A DNA stretch of 64,000 nucleotides, from positions 1,791-65,790 of the forward strand of contig CAWGIE010000045.1 of NCBI GenBank assembly GCA_963822585.1, written 5' to 3'. Position numbers and translations under genes: made by a program. The notes under the pieces were generated by a model. The model was not told the origin of the DNA, ran no database searches, and worked only from the letters and a program-made list of their open reading frames with translations. Position 1 is the stretch's first letter. The number at the start of each line of letters is the position of its first letter. The DNA is from an uncultured bacterium. GTDB taxonomy: Bacteria > Auribacterota > Erginobacteria > Erginobacterales > Erginobacteraceae. Below, piece by piece: positions 1 to 7,894 of the stretch.

Positions 1-1
1 C

Positions 2-304
2 TCGAAAGAAGCCTGGACCCCGGGGATGGATTTTCCGGTCACCGAGATAAAAGGCGGAATTGTTTCCCGGATGCTGAAACGCCCGGACCTGATCGACGCC
101 CTGGTCATGATTACGGACGAGCAGGCCCGGGAAATAACGCATCGATTATGGAAAGAGGAGGGTTTGTACTGCGGCGTTTCTTCCGGGGCCAACGTCTATT
201 ACGCCCTGCGGGAAGCCCGTGAGGCCAAGGGCAAGAAGACGATCGTCACCCTTCTCAACGACCATATGAACAGGTATCTGACCGAAGAACGGTATGTTAC
301 CTGA
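2..304 (+). CDS. PLP-dependent cysteine synthase-family protein, C-terminal fragment (truncated by window start)
   Basis: Frame open from position 2; ITDEQAREITHRLWKEEGLYCGVSSGAN...KTIVTLLND...RYL matches the CysK/CysM C-terminal motifs. Confidence 0.8.
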   Translation, partial: SKEAWTPGMDFPVTEIKGGIVSRMLKRPDLIDALVMITDEQAREITHRLWKEEGLYCGVSSGANVYYALREAREAKGKKTIVTLLNDHMNRYLTEERYVT

Positions 305-359
305 CGGCCTCTTCAGGCTGCTCTTTCTTCCAAGACGGTTATCGGTTGTCCCTCGAGCC

Positions 360-385
360 AACCCGATTGATGAATAAATCGGGTT
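360..385. terminator. Hairpin downstream of the cysteine synthase-like gene
   Basis: AACCCGATT-N8-AATCGGGTT inverted repeat. Confidence 0.4.
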
Positions 386-556
386 AATCCCGTTAATAAT
401 CCCTCCCCGAAGCCCCCTTATTTAACACCGCACGCTTTACCTTATTTGTTAAATAAGAAAACGCGCCGCGGCGATCCGATCTTTCCTTTTATTCAGCTGG
501 ATTGATTTCAGCGCCCGATCTATAATCTTTTCCGCCTGCATAAAGGAGGGAAAACC

Positions 557-1774
557 ATGGTGGGAATGAAAACGATACCGGCCGGAGCGGCGGTTGGAAT
601 TATGCTGCTCTGGGGGTCGCCGGCAAGCCCGGGAATGGACGAGCGCCCCGCGGCCGTGGGAAAGAATGCCCTCATCTCCATCGAGGGGACCACGGTCACC
701 TACCGGGGACCGATCAACGAAGAGAACACCCGGCGTTTTCTCGACCTGGTGAAGGGAAAAGACCTGAAGACCCTGGTAATCACCTCCGGGGGAGGGGACA
801 TCAACACCGGGATGGAGATGAGCCGGTGGGTCTTCGATAACAAGGTCGACGTCGTGGTCGAGGGGATGTGCATGTCTTCCTGCGCCAATTATATCTTCAC
901 GGCGGGGAAGAAGAAGATCATCCGGCCCGGCGCCATAGTCGCCTGGCACGGAAACGCCCTCCAGGACGGCGGAGACTGGGAGGAATCCTTTCTCCGGTCC
1001 ATCCGGGAGACGCTGGCGAAGCTCCCCCCGGAAGAGCGGGAGAAAGTGGACGTTAAGAAAGCCCGGGAAGACGCCATGGCATATATCCGGGAGTGCAAAC
1101 GGAAGCAGGCCGAGTTCTTCCGCCGGATCGGCGTCGATGAGTATGTCTGCCGGGTGGGCGATGAAGAATACGGCGCCCGGGATTTCTTCATCCTCTCGGT
1201 GAAGGACATGGAGCGTTTCGGGATCACGGGGATCGAAGCCCCGGAGGGATATGAGAAAACCGATCTCTCCCGGTTCAACCGGGAGAAACCGGAGAGCCCG
1301 GTGGAATATATTCAGATTGCCCCCGCCCGGCACTCTCCTCCTCCCGCCGGGATGAGCGGGGAAGGCGTCCCCGATGAGAGAATGAAAGAAACGTCGACGG
1401 CCGTGCATTGTCTCGCCTCCGGCTTGGGAGCGCTGTCTTCCGAAGATAATTTTATCGATATCATCCGTGCCTTCATCGATCCCATCCGTTTCTTCGCCGA
1501 CGCCACGGGGTATTTCTTCGTCTATGATACCAAAGGCGTCGTCATCGCCCACGCGGCGGACAAAAACCTGGTCGGGAAAAATCTCTACGATCTGCGGGAC
1601 AAGACCGGGAAATATTTCATCCGGGAGAAGATCGCCGCGGCAAAGAGCGGGGGCGGTTACGTGGATTACTACTGGCCGGACCCGACGACCAAGAAAGTCG
1701 GGAAAAAACGCGTCTACGTCGAGATGATCCCCGGGACAAACTACCTGATCGGCTCCGGGGTTTATTTCGATTAG
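557..1774 (+). CDS. Secreted protein: N-terminal ClpP/crotonase-like domain fused to a C-terminal single Cache domain
   Basis: RBS AAGGAGG; signal-like N-terminus; LVITSGGG...VVVEGMCMSSCANYIF...AWH; C-terminal GYFFVYD..GVVIAH...LVGKNL..LRD..GKYFI...GGGYVDYYW...KRVYV...IGSGVY (sCache_2-like). Confidence 0.7.
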   Translation: MVGMKTIPAGAAVGIMLLWGSPASPGMDERPAAVGKNALISIEGTTVTYRGPINEENTRRFLDLVKGKDLKTLVITSGGGDINTGMEMSRWVFDNKVDVVVEGMCMSSCANYIFTAGKKKIIRPGAIVAWHGNALQDGGDWEESFLRSIRETLAKLPPEEREKVDVKKAREDAMAYIRECKRKQAEFFRRIGVDEYVCRVGDEEYGARDFFILSVKDMERFGITGIEAPEGYEKTDLSRFNREKPESPVEYIQIAPARHSPPPAGMSGEGVPDERMKETSTAVHCLASGLGALSSEDNFIDIIRAFIDPIRFFADATGYFFVYDTKGVVIAHAADKNLVGKNLYDLRDKTGKYFIREKIAAAKSGGGYVDYYWPDPTTKKVGKKRVYVEMIPGTNYLIGSGVYFD

Positions 1775-1852
1775 CCGCCGGGGGACCGGGGGAGTTGGCG
1801 ACTGGAGTATCGCGTTTCTGATTTCCTCCCCCTCGGCGGGGGTTTTTGAGAT

Positions 1853-1880
1853 TTGACATCGCTCTCGATTCTGCTATATT
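1853..1880 (+). promoter_or_regulatory. Sigma-70-type promoter for tRNA-Arg
   Basis: TTGACA-N16-TATATT with extended -10 TG, about 70 bp upstream of the tRNA. Confidence 0.6.
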
Positions 1881-1949
1881 CCCCCCACGATCAGTGGGCA
1901 GGTAAGGTTCCTTATCCCTTACCCCTTATCCCTCCCTACTGTATTTCTA

Positions 1950-2023
1950 GCGCCCGTAGCTCAGATGGATAGAGCGCTTGCCTCCGGAGCAAGAGGTCGC
2001 GCGTTCGAATCGCGCCGGGCGTA
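1950..2023 (+). tRNA. tRNA-Arg (CCG), CCA not encoded
   Basis: Cloverleaf: acceptor GCGCCCG/CGGGCGT, D arm GCTC/GAGC, anticodon arm CTTGC-CTCCGGA-GCAAG, T arm GCGCG-TTCGAAT-CGCGC. Confidence 0.96.
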
Positions 2024-2075
2024 TTGAAGCAGGGATAAGGGGGAAGTAGTAAGGGATAAGGAGATTTATCTTGGG

Positions 2076-2109
2076 CCCTCTCCCGTTATTAATGACGGGA
2101 GAGGGTTTT
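2076..2109 (+). terminator. Intrinsic terminator after tRNA-Arg
   Basis: CCCTCTCCCGT/ACGGGAGAGGG stem followed by TTTT. Confidence 0.7.
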
Positions 2110-2117
2110 AAGTAGGC

Positions 2118-2226
2118 GGATAGAGCGCCCCGACACCTCCGGTGTCGGGGAGGTCGCGCGTTCTCAGCCGGAGGCTGATGCGCCTCCGGCGCAGAATCGC
2201 GCCGGGCGTATTGAAGCAGGGATAAG
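2118..2226 (+). pseudogene. Degenerate tandem copy of the tRNA-Arg 3' two-thirds plus downstream flank, with altered anticodon arm and a 30-bp insertion in the T loop
   Basis: GGATAGAGCG, AGGTCGCGCGTTC and GAATCGCGCCGGGCGTATTGAAGCAGGGATAAG are identical to parts of 1967-2039; the 5' acceptor strand is missing. Confidence 0.85.
2164..2193. mobile_element. 30-bp double-hairpin insertion element (copy 1)
   Basis: TCAGCC-GGA-GGCTGA + TGCGCC-TCC-GGCGCA splits the T loop TTC|GAAT relative to the intact tRNA. Confidence 0.8.
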
Positions 2227-2416
2227 ATTTAAGGGATAAGGGGTAAGAGTGCTGCCTGCGGCCCCTCTCTCGACCAGAATGGCGGGAGAGGGGATTTTTT
2301 TAACCTGGATAGAAGACTTCGATCAAACGGGGATGGCTGACACTCATTTGATCGGCGGCGTTTTTCAATCTTAATTCCCTCTCCTGCCGGCCGCCGACGG
2401 CCGGCCGGAGAGGGAA

Positions 2417-2914
2417 TTAGCTCCATTCTTCTTTAAGAGTGTCCCGGCGGGGCTTGTAGACGGTCTCGTAGAAGTAGCGCTGGGACTTGAGCAGGGGCTT
2501 GCCCGCCTCCCGGCAGATGGCGACCGCCTCCTTCCAGGCTTTCCGGAACTGCTCCTTATCCGGGAAACGGTCGGCGATCTGTCTCCGGAAGGACTGAGGG
2601 GTCTGCACCTCGTCCCCGATCATGAACAGGGTCTTCCCGTCCAGCTTCACCGAGTAGGCCATCTCGTCGCCGAGGAGGTAGGGCTGGAAGGACTCGGTGA
2701 GGGCCTTCGCCTTCGCCGGGGAGATCGTGACGTGGGGAAGCTTGACCTTTCCCGGTTTCCCGTGTCCCCGTCCTTTCTTGAATCCCCGCTTGGCGGCGGC
2801 GTAGAAGATGGCCCGGTTGAGGCCGAAGCTCTTGGCCGAGCTGACCGGCAGGCCGAGCACATAGGCCCGGGCCGCCTGGAGTATCGCCATTACCTGGAAC
2901 CGTCCGATCGCCAT
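2417..2914 (-). CDS. Hypothetical basic protein (165 aa)
   Basis: RBS AAGGAGG upstream; host-like codon usage; N-terminal GRFQVMAILQAARAY...GLNRAIFYAAAKRGF looks conserved, function not recognised. Confidence 0.75.
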   Translation of the reverse strand: MAIGRFQVMAILQAARAYVLGLPVSSAKSFGLNRAIFYAAAKRGFKKGRGHGKPGKVKLPHVTISPAKAKALTESFQPYLLGDEMAYSVKLDGKTLFMIGDEVQTPQSFRRQIADRFPDKEQFRKAWKEAVAICREAGKPLLKSQRYFYETVYKPRRDTLKEEWS

Positions 2915-3142
2915 TTCAATACCCTCCTTGAACTACGAATTACGCGAATTACGCGAATTGTTCCCCCGCGTCGCCCTCTTTCTTGACACCAAGACACCAA
3001 GGCTCTGAGATAAATAAATGGGGACTGTCTTTATCGCCAGCGAAGCGTTCCTCCATTTCCTACAAGCCGCCTCCGGCGGCGATCCTACAAGGGCGCAGCC
3101 CGATCCCACAAGCGACCCCGAAGTCTTTTCGGGGGAGCGATC

Positions 3143-3736
3143 CTACCGCCCTTTTATCTTCCTCCAGAACTCACTGGCCTCGGGGCAGTCTCTTCCCACC
3201 AAATATTTCGAGTTCAGTTTCTTGATCACGATCCCCTCGCCGCCGTCGGCAATCGCCCGGTTCAGTTCTTCCTCCAGGTCGGTAAACGGTCTGCCCTCGA
3301 TCAGACGGAAGGGTTCTTCCCAGGGGAGTGTCTTGAGGATGGCCTTGCGCTCTTCCAGGGAGTGATCCCCCATGAAGCTGCCCCCGTGATAGACAAGGTC
3401 GAAGATGTAAATGATCGGCTGGACGTTTTTCTTCCCGGATAAAGCAGTGGGAATGAAGCGGCGTCCGCCTTCGGCGTAAAGTTCGGCGTCGAGGAGCGTC
3501 CCCGGGGGGATGAGCTTCTTCGCGATCGCGGCCGGGCCCGGGAGCTTGGCCGTCCAGTCCGGTGCTTTCTTCAGCCGTCTCCCCCAGAACTCGACTTCGC
3601 CGTCCGGGCGGCGGAGCACCTGCAGCCGCCAGCCGTCGATCTTCGGCTCCACGATCCAGTCCTCTTTCTTCAGCTTCTCCCCGAAGTAGGGGATGGGCTG
3701 GAGGAGCCAGATGGGGGAGAGGGGGGAAGAGTTCAT
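3143..3736 (-). CDS. Minimal ATP-dependent DNA/RNA ligase-like protein (adenylation domain only)
   Basis: Motif I EPKIDGWR, III LLDAEL, IIIa YIFDL, IV EGIVIK, V WRKIK; ends right after motif V with no OB fold. Confidence 0.85.
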   Translation of the reverse strand: MNSSPLSPIWLLQPIPYFGEKLKKEDWIVEPKIDGWRLQVLRRPDGEVEFWGRRLKKAPDWTAKLPGPAAIAKKLIPPGTLLDAELYAEGGRRFIPTALSGKKNVQPIIYIFDLVYHGGSFMGDHSLEERKAILKTLPWEEPFRLIEGRPFTDLEEELNRAIADGGEGIVIKKLNSKYLVGRDCPEASEFWRKIKGR

Positions 3737-3983
3737 GAATGTTTGCCTTTTGTATGATTGACTATTGTAGCTTAATACAAAGAAGAAGTGAAGTGGAGTG
3801 ATGGAGTATTGGAGTGATGGAATGACAAAACAAGAATAAAGAATGAGTAAAATAAAACTGAACGTTCACCATTCAACGTCCAACGCTCAACGTTCAACGA
3901 GGCATTCTTATCGCTCCCGACGACCAGGGAGCCCGGCCCGATGAGCAGGTTATGCCCCGGTATCTCCAAGCTGCGCAGTCCTT

Positions 3984-4718
3984 TTATGTTTTTGCCGCGC
4001 AGTCAATAAGTAGATCAACTAATTTTTTAGGATGGGTGATCATCATGTCATGAGGCAGGTTGACTACCCGGCAGTCCTGGCCTGCCGCTTTCAGTCTTGC
4101 GAAGGCGGCCAGATGAGCTTTTTTCGAGGCGGGGCTGAACTGGTCGGCGCAGAGAATGTAGGAGACGGGGATGGGTCCGCTGCCGGGCTGGAAGGGGCCC
4201 GCTTTTTCGGTCAACGCGTTGTAGGGCATCGGCGTGAGCAGGGACTTCGCCCAGGCGATGTCCTTCGGCTCCCTGATGCCGAAGGCTTCCGGGGAGGGGG
4301 AGGGGATGACGGGCACTATGCCGCGGGGGGTGTTCAGTTCCCGGACCATCTGGGAGAAGGCGGGCGCGATATCCACCACCGATTGCGCGCCCCGGGGGAG
4401 GGCGGCGTCGAGGTAGATCAGTCGCCCGATCCGCTCCGGCGCCACCCCGGCGACCCCCGAGATTACCATCCCGGCGTAGCTGTGCCCGACCAGGGCGACG
4501 TTCCGGAGGTCGTTCTCCTTGAGAACCTCTATAATATCATTCACGTGGGTGGAGAGCGTGATAGCGGGGGAGAGAATGCCGCTCCGGTCTCCCAGCCCGG
4601 AAAGCGTGGGCGCGGTGACCCCGTACCCTTTCCCCCGGAGGAGCGGAAGCACCTTCTCCCAGCACCATCCTCCGTGCCAGGCGCCGTGGACGAGCAGGAA
4701 GTGGAGTATAGTTTTCAT
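3984..4718 (-). CDS. Alpha/beta hydrolase (methylesterase-like)
   Basis: FLLVHGAWHGGWCW, nucleophile elbow GHSYAG, C-terminal HDMM; ATG at 4718. Confidence 0.9.
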   Translation of the reverse strand: MKTILHFLLVHGAWHGGWCWEKVLPLLRGKGYGVTAPTLSGLGDRSGILSPAITLSTHVNDIIEVLKENDLRNVALVGHSYAGMVISGVAGVAPERIGRLIYLDAALPRGAQSVVDIAPAFSQMVRELNTPRGIVPVIPSPSPEAFGIREPKDIAWAKSLLTPMPYNALTEKAGPFQPGSGPIPVSYILCADQFSPASKKAHLAAFARLKAAGQDCRVVNLPHDMMITHPKKLVDLLIDCAAKT

Positions 4719-5012
4719 ATGACCAGTATAAACCACGAAGAACACGAAGTACACGAAGCGGTAGCATTATATTTATTTCGGTTCTCTCCCCTTTTGTGTG
4801 GATAAATGGACGTAATAACTAACTCCTTCTGGGAATTATCAGGCAACAGCCCCTTAAACCTAAATTTCCCTTGGCTGTAACCGATCTCGCCAACTCTCTC
4901 AGTATTCGTTTCGATAATTATTGTCATGATCCCCGGGAGTACGTTAAAAAAAAGAAGTGCCCAAAGTGACTCAAGTGCGCTAAAGTGTCTTGCGTTAATT
5001 TGAGGATACACG

Positions 5013-5756
5013 ATGAGAAAGGATGGAAGGAAGAACGATGAGCTGCGCCCGGTGAAGATCGTCCCCGGCTTCGTGGAGATGGCCGCCGGTTCGGCCCTGG
5101 TTGAGATGGGACGCACCCGGGTCGTCTGCACCGCCTCCGTGGAGGACCGCCTCCCTCCCTGGCTTCACCAGGCCCAGCTGAAGAGCCCGGAGAAGCGGGG
5201 CTGGATCACCGCCGAGTATTCGATACTGCCCGGCGCCGGCCCCCGGCGCACGGTCCGGGAAGCGACCACCGGCAAGAGATCGGGGCGGACACTGGAGATC
5301 CAGCGCCTGATCGGACGGTCGCTCCGGTCGGTCGCCGACTTGAAAAAACTCGGTCCCCGGACGGTCTGGATAGACTGCGACGTCATCCAGGCGGACGGCG
5401 GCACCCGCGCGGCCTCGGTCACCGGGGGGTTCGTCGCTTTGGTCCTGGCCCTGGAGAAGATGAAGGAAGAAGGGTTGATCGACGCCGTTCCCGTCCGGGA
5501 GCACCTGGCCGCGGTCAGCGCCGGGATCCGGGACGGAGAAGTCCTGCTCGACCTCGACTACGAAGAGGACAGTACGGTCGATGTCGATTGTAACGTGGTC
5601 ATGATGGAGAACGGCGAACTGATCGAGGTCCAGGGGACCGGGGAAAAAAGAGGTTTCAGCCGGGAACAGTTGTCGAAGATGCTGGACGTCGCCGCCGCCG
5701 CGATTCAAAAGTTAATCTCGCTGCAGAAAAAAGCAATCGAGAAGGGAAAGATATAA
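5013..5756 (+). CDS. rph: Ribonuclease PH
   Basis: GWITAEYS, EIQRLIGRSLR, DCDVIQADGGTR, LDLDYEEDS, EVQGTGE. Confidence 0.97.
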   Translation: MRKDGRKNDELRPVKIVPGFVEMAAGSALVEMGRTRVVCTASVEDRLPPWLHQAQLKSPEKRGWITAEYSILPGAGPRRTVREATTGKRSGRTLEIQRLIGRSLRSVADLKKLGPRTVWIDCDVIQADGGTRAASVTGGFVALVLALEKMKEEGLIDAVPVREHLAAVSAGIRDGEVLLDLDYEEDSTVDVDCNVVMMENGELIEVQGTGEKRGFSREQLSKMLDVAAAAIQKLISLQKKAIEKGKI

Positions 5757-5774
5757 TATATCACGGATAGAATA

Positions 5775-5868
5775 GTGGAGTAATGGAGTGATGGAGTGAT
5801 GGGATGCCGGCTCCGGCCTGAGGCGCGTAACCCAACACTCCACTACTCCCATACTCCATCACTCCCAT
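5775..5868. repeat. Fold-back repeat family A (TGGAGTRA tandem units plus reverse-complement arm); other copies at ~3793-3824, 6561-6658, 47388-47471, 58392-58569
   Basis: GTGGAGTAATGGAGTGATGGAGTGATGG ... CCAACACTCCACTACTCCCATACTCCATCACTCC. Confidence 0.85.
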
Positions 5869-5910
5869 TCATCCGCCCGAGGCGGAGCCGAGGGCTAAGG
5901 AGCAATCACC

Positions 5911-6519
5911 ATGGAAATAGTCGTGGCCAGTCATAATCAGGGCAAGGTGGCGGAATTAAGAAAGCTGCTGGAGCACCTTCCGGTCAAGATTTATTCGCTG
6001 GATGATTTCGAGATCATCCCGGAGGTGAAGGAGGACGGGGAGACCTACGCCGAGAACGCGCTTAAGAAAGCCCGCGCCGTCTACCAGGCGACGGGGAAGA
6101 TATCCCTGGCTGACGACTCCGGGCTGGAGGTGGACGCCCTGCAGGGCGAGCCCGGAGTGCGCTCGGCCCGGTACGGGGGTGAGGAACTCACCGATCACGA
6201 GAGGAACATGAAGCTCCTGGAGCGGATGGCGGACGTCCGGGATGAAGCCCGGGGCGCCACCTTCCAGTGCTGTCTGGCCATCATCGGGCCGAAAGGGATG
6301 GAGAAAATCGTCACCGGTTCCTGCCGGGGCACCATCACCCGCGCGCCCCAGGGGGGGAGCGGCTTCGGGTATGACCCGATCTTCCTCCCCTGTGAGTATA
6401 AGAACACCTTCGCGGAACTCTCCCCGGAGATCAAGAACCGGATCAGCCACCGCGCCCGGGCCCTGGAAAAGGCCGCCCTCTTTCTGGACGGGTACATCTA
6501 TTCCGAGACGCACCGGTGA
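5911..6519 (+). CDS. rdgB: Non-canonical purine NTP pyrophosphatase (RdgB/Ham1)
   Basis: ASHNQGK, ENALKKA, ADDSGL, PGVRSAR, GFGYDPIF, KNRISHR. Confidence 0.96.
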   Translation: MEIVVASHNQGKVAELRKLLEHLPVKIYSLDDFEIIPEVKEDGETYAENALKKARAVYQATGKISLADDSGLEVDALQGEPGVRSARYGGEELTDHERNMKLLERMADVRDEARGATFQCCLAIIGPKGMEKIVTGSCRGTITRAPQGGSGFGYDPIFLPCEYKNTFAELSPEIKNRISHRARALEKAALFLDGYIYSETHR

Positions 6520-6729
6520 GGGGGGGGAATTCCTTGCAAGACCCTTCGTGTGATTGTTCGGGAGTACTGGAGTAATGGAGTGTTGGAGTGATGGGCCCCC
6601 GGCTCACCGCCATTCCATCATTCCATCACTCCACCACTCCATCATTCCATCACTCCATGTTTGATTGACAGCCCGTGTTACTTTGTCTGAAACCATGTAT
6701 TTTCTGAGTCAATGCTCTGACACTCTGCC

Positions 6730-7893
6730 ATGATATTCCTCCTCGCTTTCCTGATGAACGTCTCCACCGGGCTGCTGGTCCTGGGCAACCCGCTCCTGGC
6801 TCTCCGGCTCTTCCATGCCGACGCCTTCATGCTCGGTCTCCTGGGGACGGTTCCTTCCATTATTTACGCCCTGGTCTGCCTCGGCAGCGGTGTCTGGGCC
6901 GATCGGATCGGGCCCCGGAGGATGATCGTTATCGCCTGTTTGAGCCTGGTCCTGGTCTACTGCTCGATCTTCCTGGTCGCCCGGTTTCGCCATCTTCTCC
7001 TCCTGGCCGCTTTCTGGGGGATCGGGGGGGCGCTCTTCTGGCCGGCGATGATCCGCTGGCTGGGAGAGGACGAACGCGAGGACCGGCTGCGGCAGCGGAT
7101 CGGGAGCTATAACATCGCCCTGATCGGGGGGATCATGCTCGGCCCGCCTCTGGCCGGAGCGGTCTTCCCGATCAACTACCGTTATCCGTTCCTGCTGGCG
7201 GCGTTTCTGGTCGGCGTGATTCTGGCCATACTGGCGATCGTGCGGCGGAAAAGGGTCCGCCTGCCGGAATCGCCGCCCGGGCTGCCGGAAGAACCGGGTG
7301 AACAAGCAGTCCCCGGTTTCATCTACGTCGGCTGGGCGGCCAACTTCGCGGCCTGGTTCGCGATCGGCGCCTGCCAGTCTCTCTTCCCGAAACTGGCCCT
7401 CTCTCTCCCGGTCCCGATCGGCGACCGGATGCTGGGGATCCTGATCGCCCTCATCCCCGCCGGCGAGATCACGGTCTTCGCCTTCCTCCGGAAACTCCGC
7501 CACTGGCATTATCGGTACCGCTACCTCCTCTTCTTCCAGGCGCTGGGGATGGGGGGACTCCTCGTCCTGGCGCTGAACAGCACCCCCGGACTTTTCATCC
7601 CCGGGTTCCTGGCGATCGGTTTCGCGGGGGGGATGACCTATTTTTCCAGCATCTACTACAGCGTGCACCGCCAGGAAGGGAAGGGGAGAAAAAGCGGCCT
7701 CCACGAGTCATTCCTGGGGTTCGGCGTCGCTTTGGGTCCCCTCTGCGGAGGCCTGGCGGCCGGCCGGCTGGGGCTGCGCGCTCCCTATCTGCTCGCCGCC
7801 GGCGTTTTCGCGGCCAGCATCGCCGTTCAGTATGTTCTGCTCCGCTGTTTCACCGCGGGACGTTCTCTCCCGGGAAATCATCAAGGAGGGTAA
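6730..7893 (+). CDS. MFS transporter
   Basis: About 12 hydrophobic segments; motif A GVWADRIGPRR. Confidence 0.85.
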   Translation: MIFLLAFLMNVSTGLLVLGNPLLALRLFHADAFMLGLLGTVPSIIYALVCLGSGVWADRIGPRRMIVIACLSLVLVYCSIFLVARFRHLLLLAAFWGIGGALFWPAMIRWLGEDEREDRLRQRIGSYNIALIGGIMLGPPLAGAVFPINYRYPFLLAAFLVGVILAILAIVRRKRVRLPESPPGLPEEPGEQAVPGFIYVGWAANFAAWFAIGACQSLFPKLALSLPVPIGDRMLGILIALIPAGEITVFAFLRKLRHWHYRYRYLLFFQALGMGGLLVLALNSTPGLFIPGFLAIGFAGGMTYFSSIYYSVHRQEGKGRKSGLHESFLGFGVALGPLCGGLAAGRLGLRAPYLLAAGVFAASIAVQYVLLRCFTAGRSLPGNHQGG

Positions 7894-7894
7894 G

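Noticed and set aside
2194-2226. attL/attR of an integrated element at tRNA-Arg
   Set aside because: The duplicate lies under 200 bp away, includes downstream flank, and no integrase or distant second att site was seen
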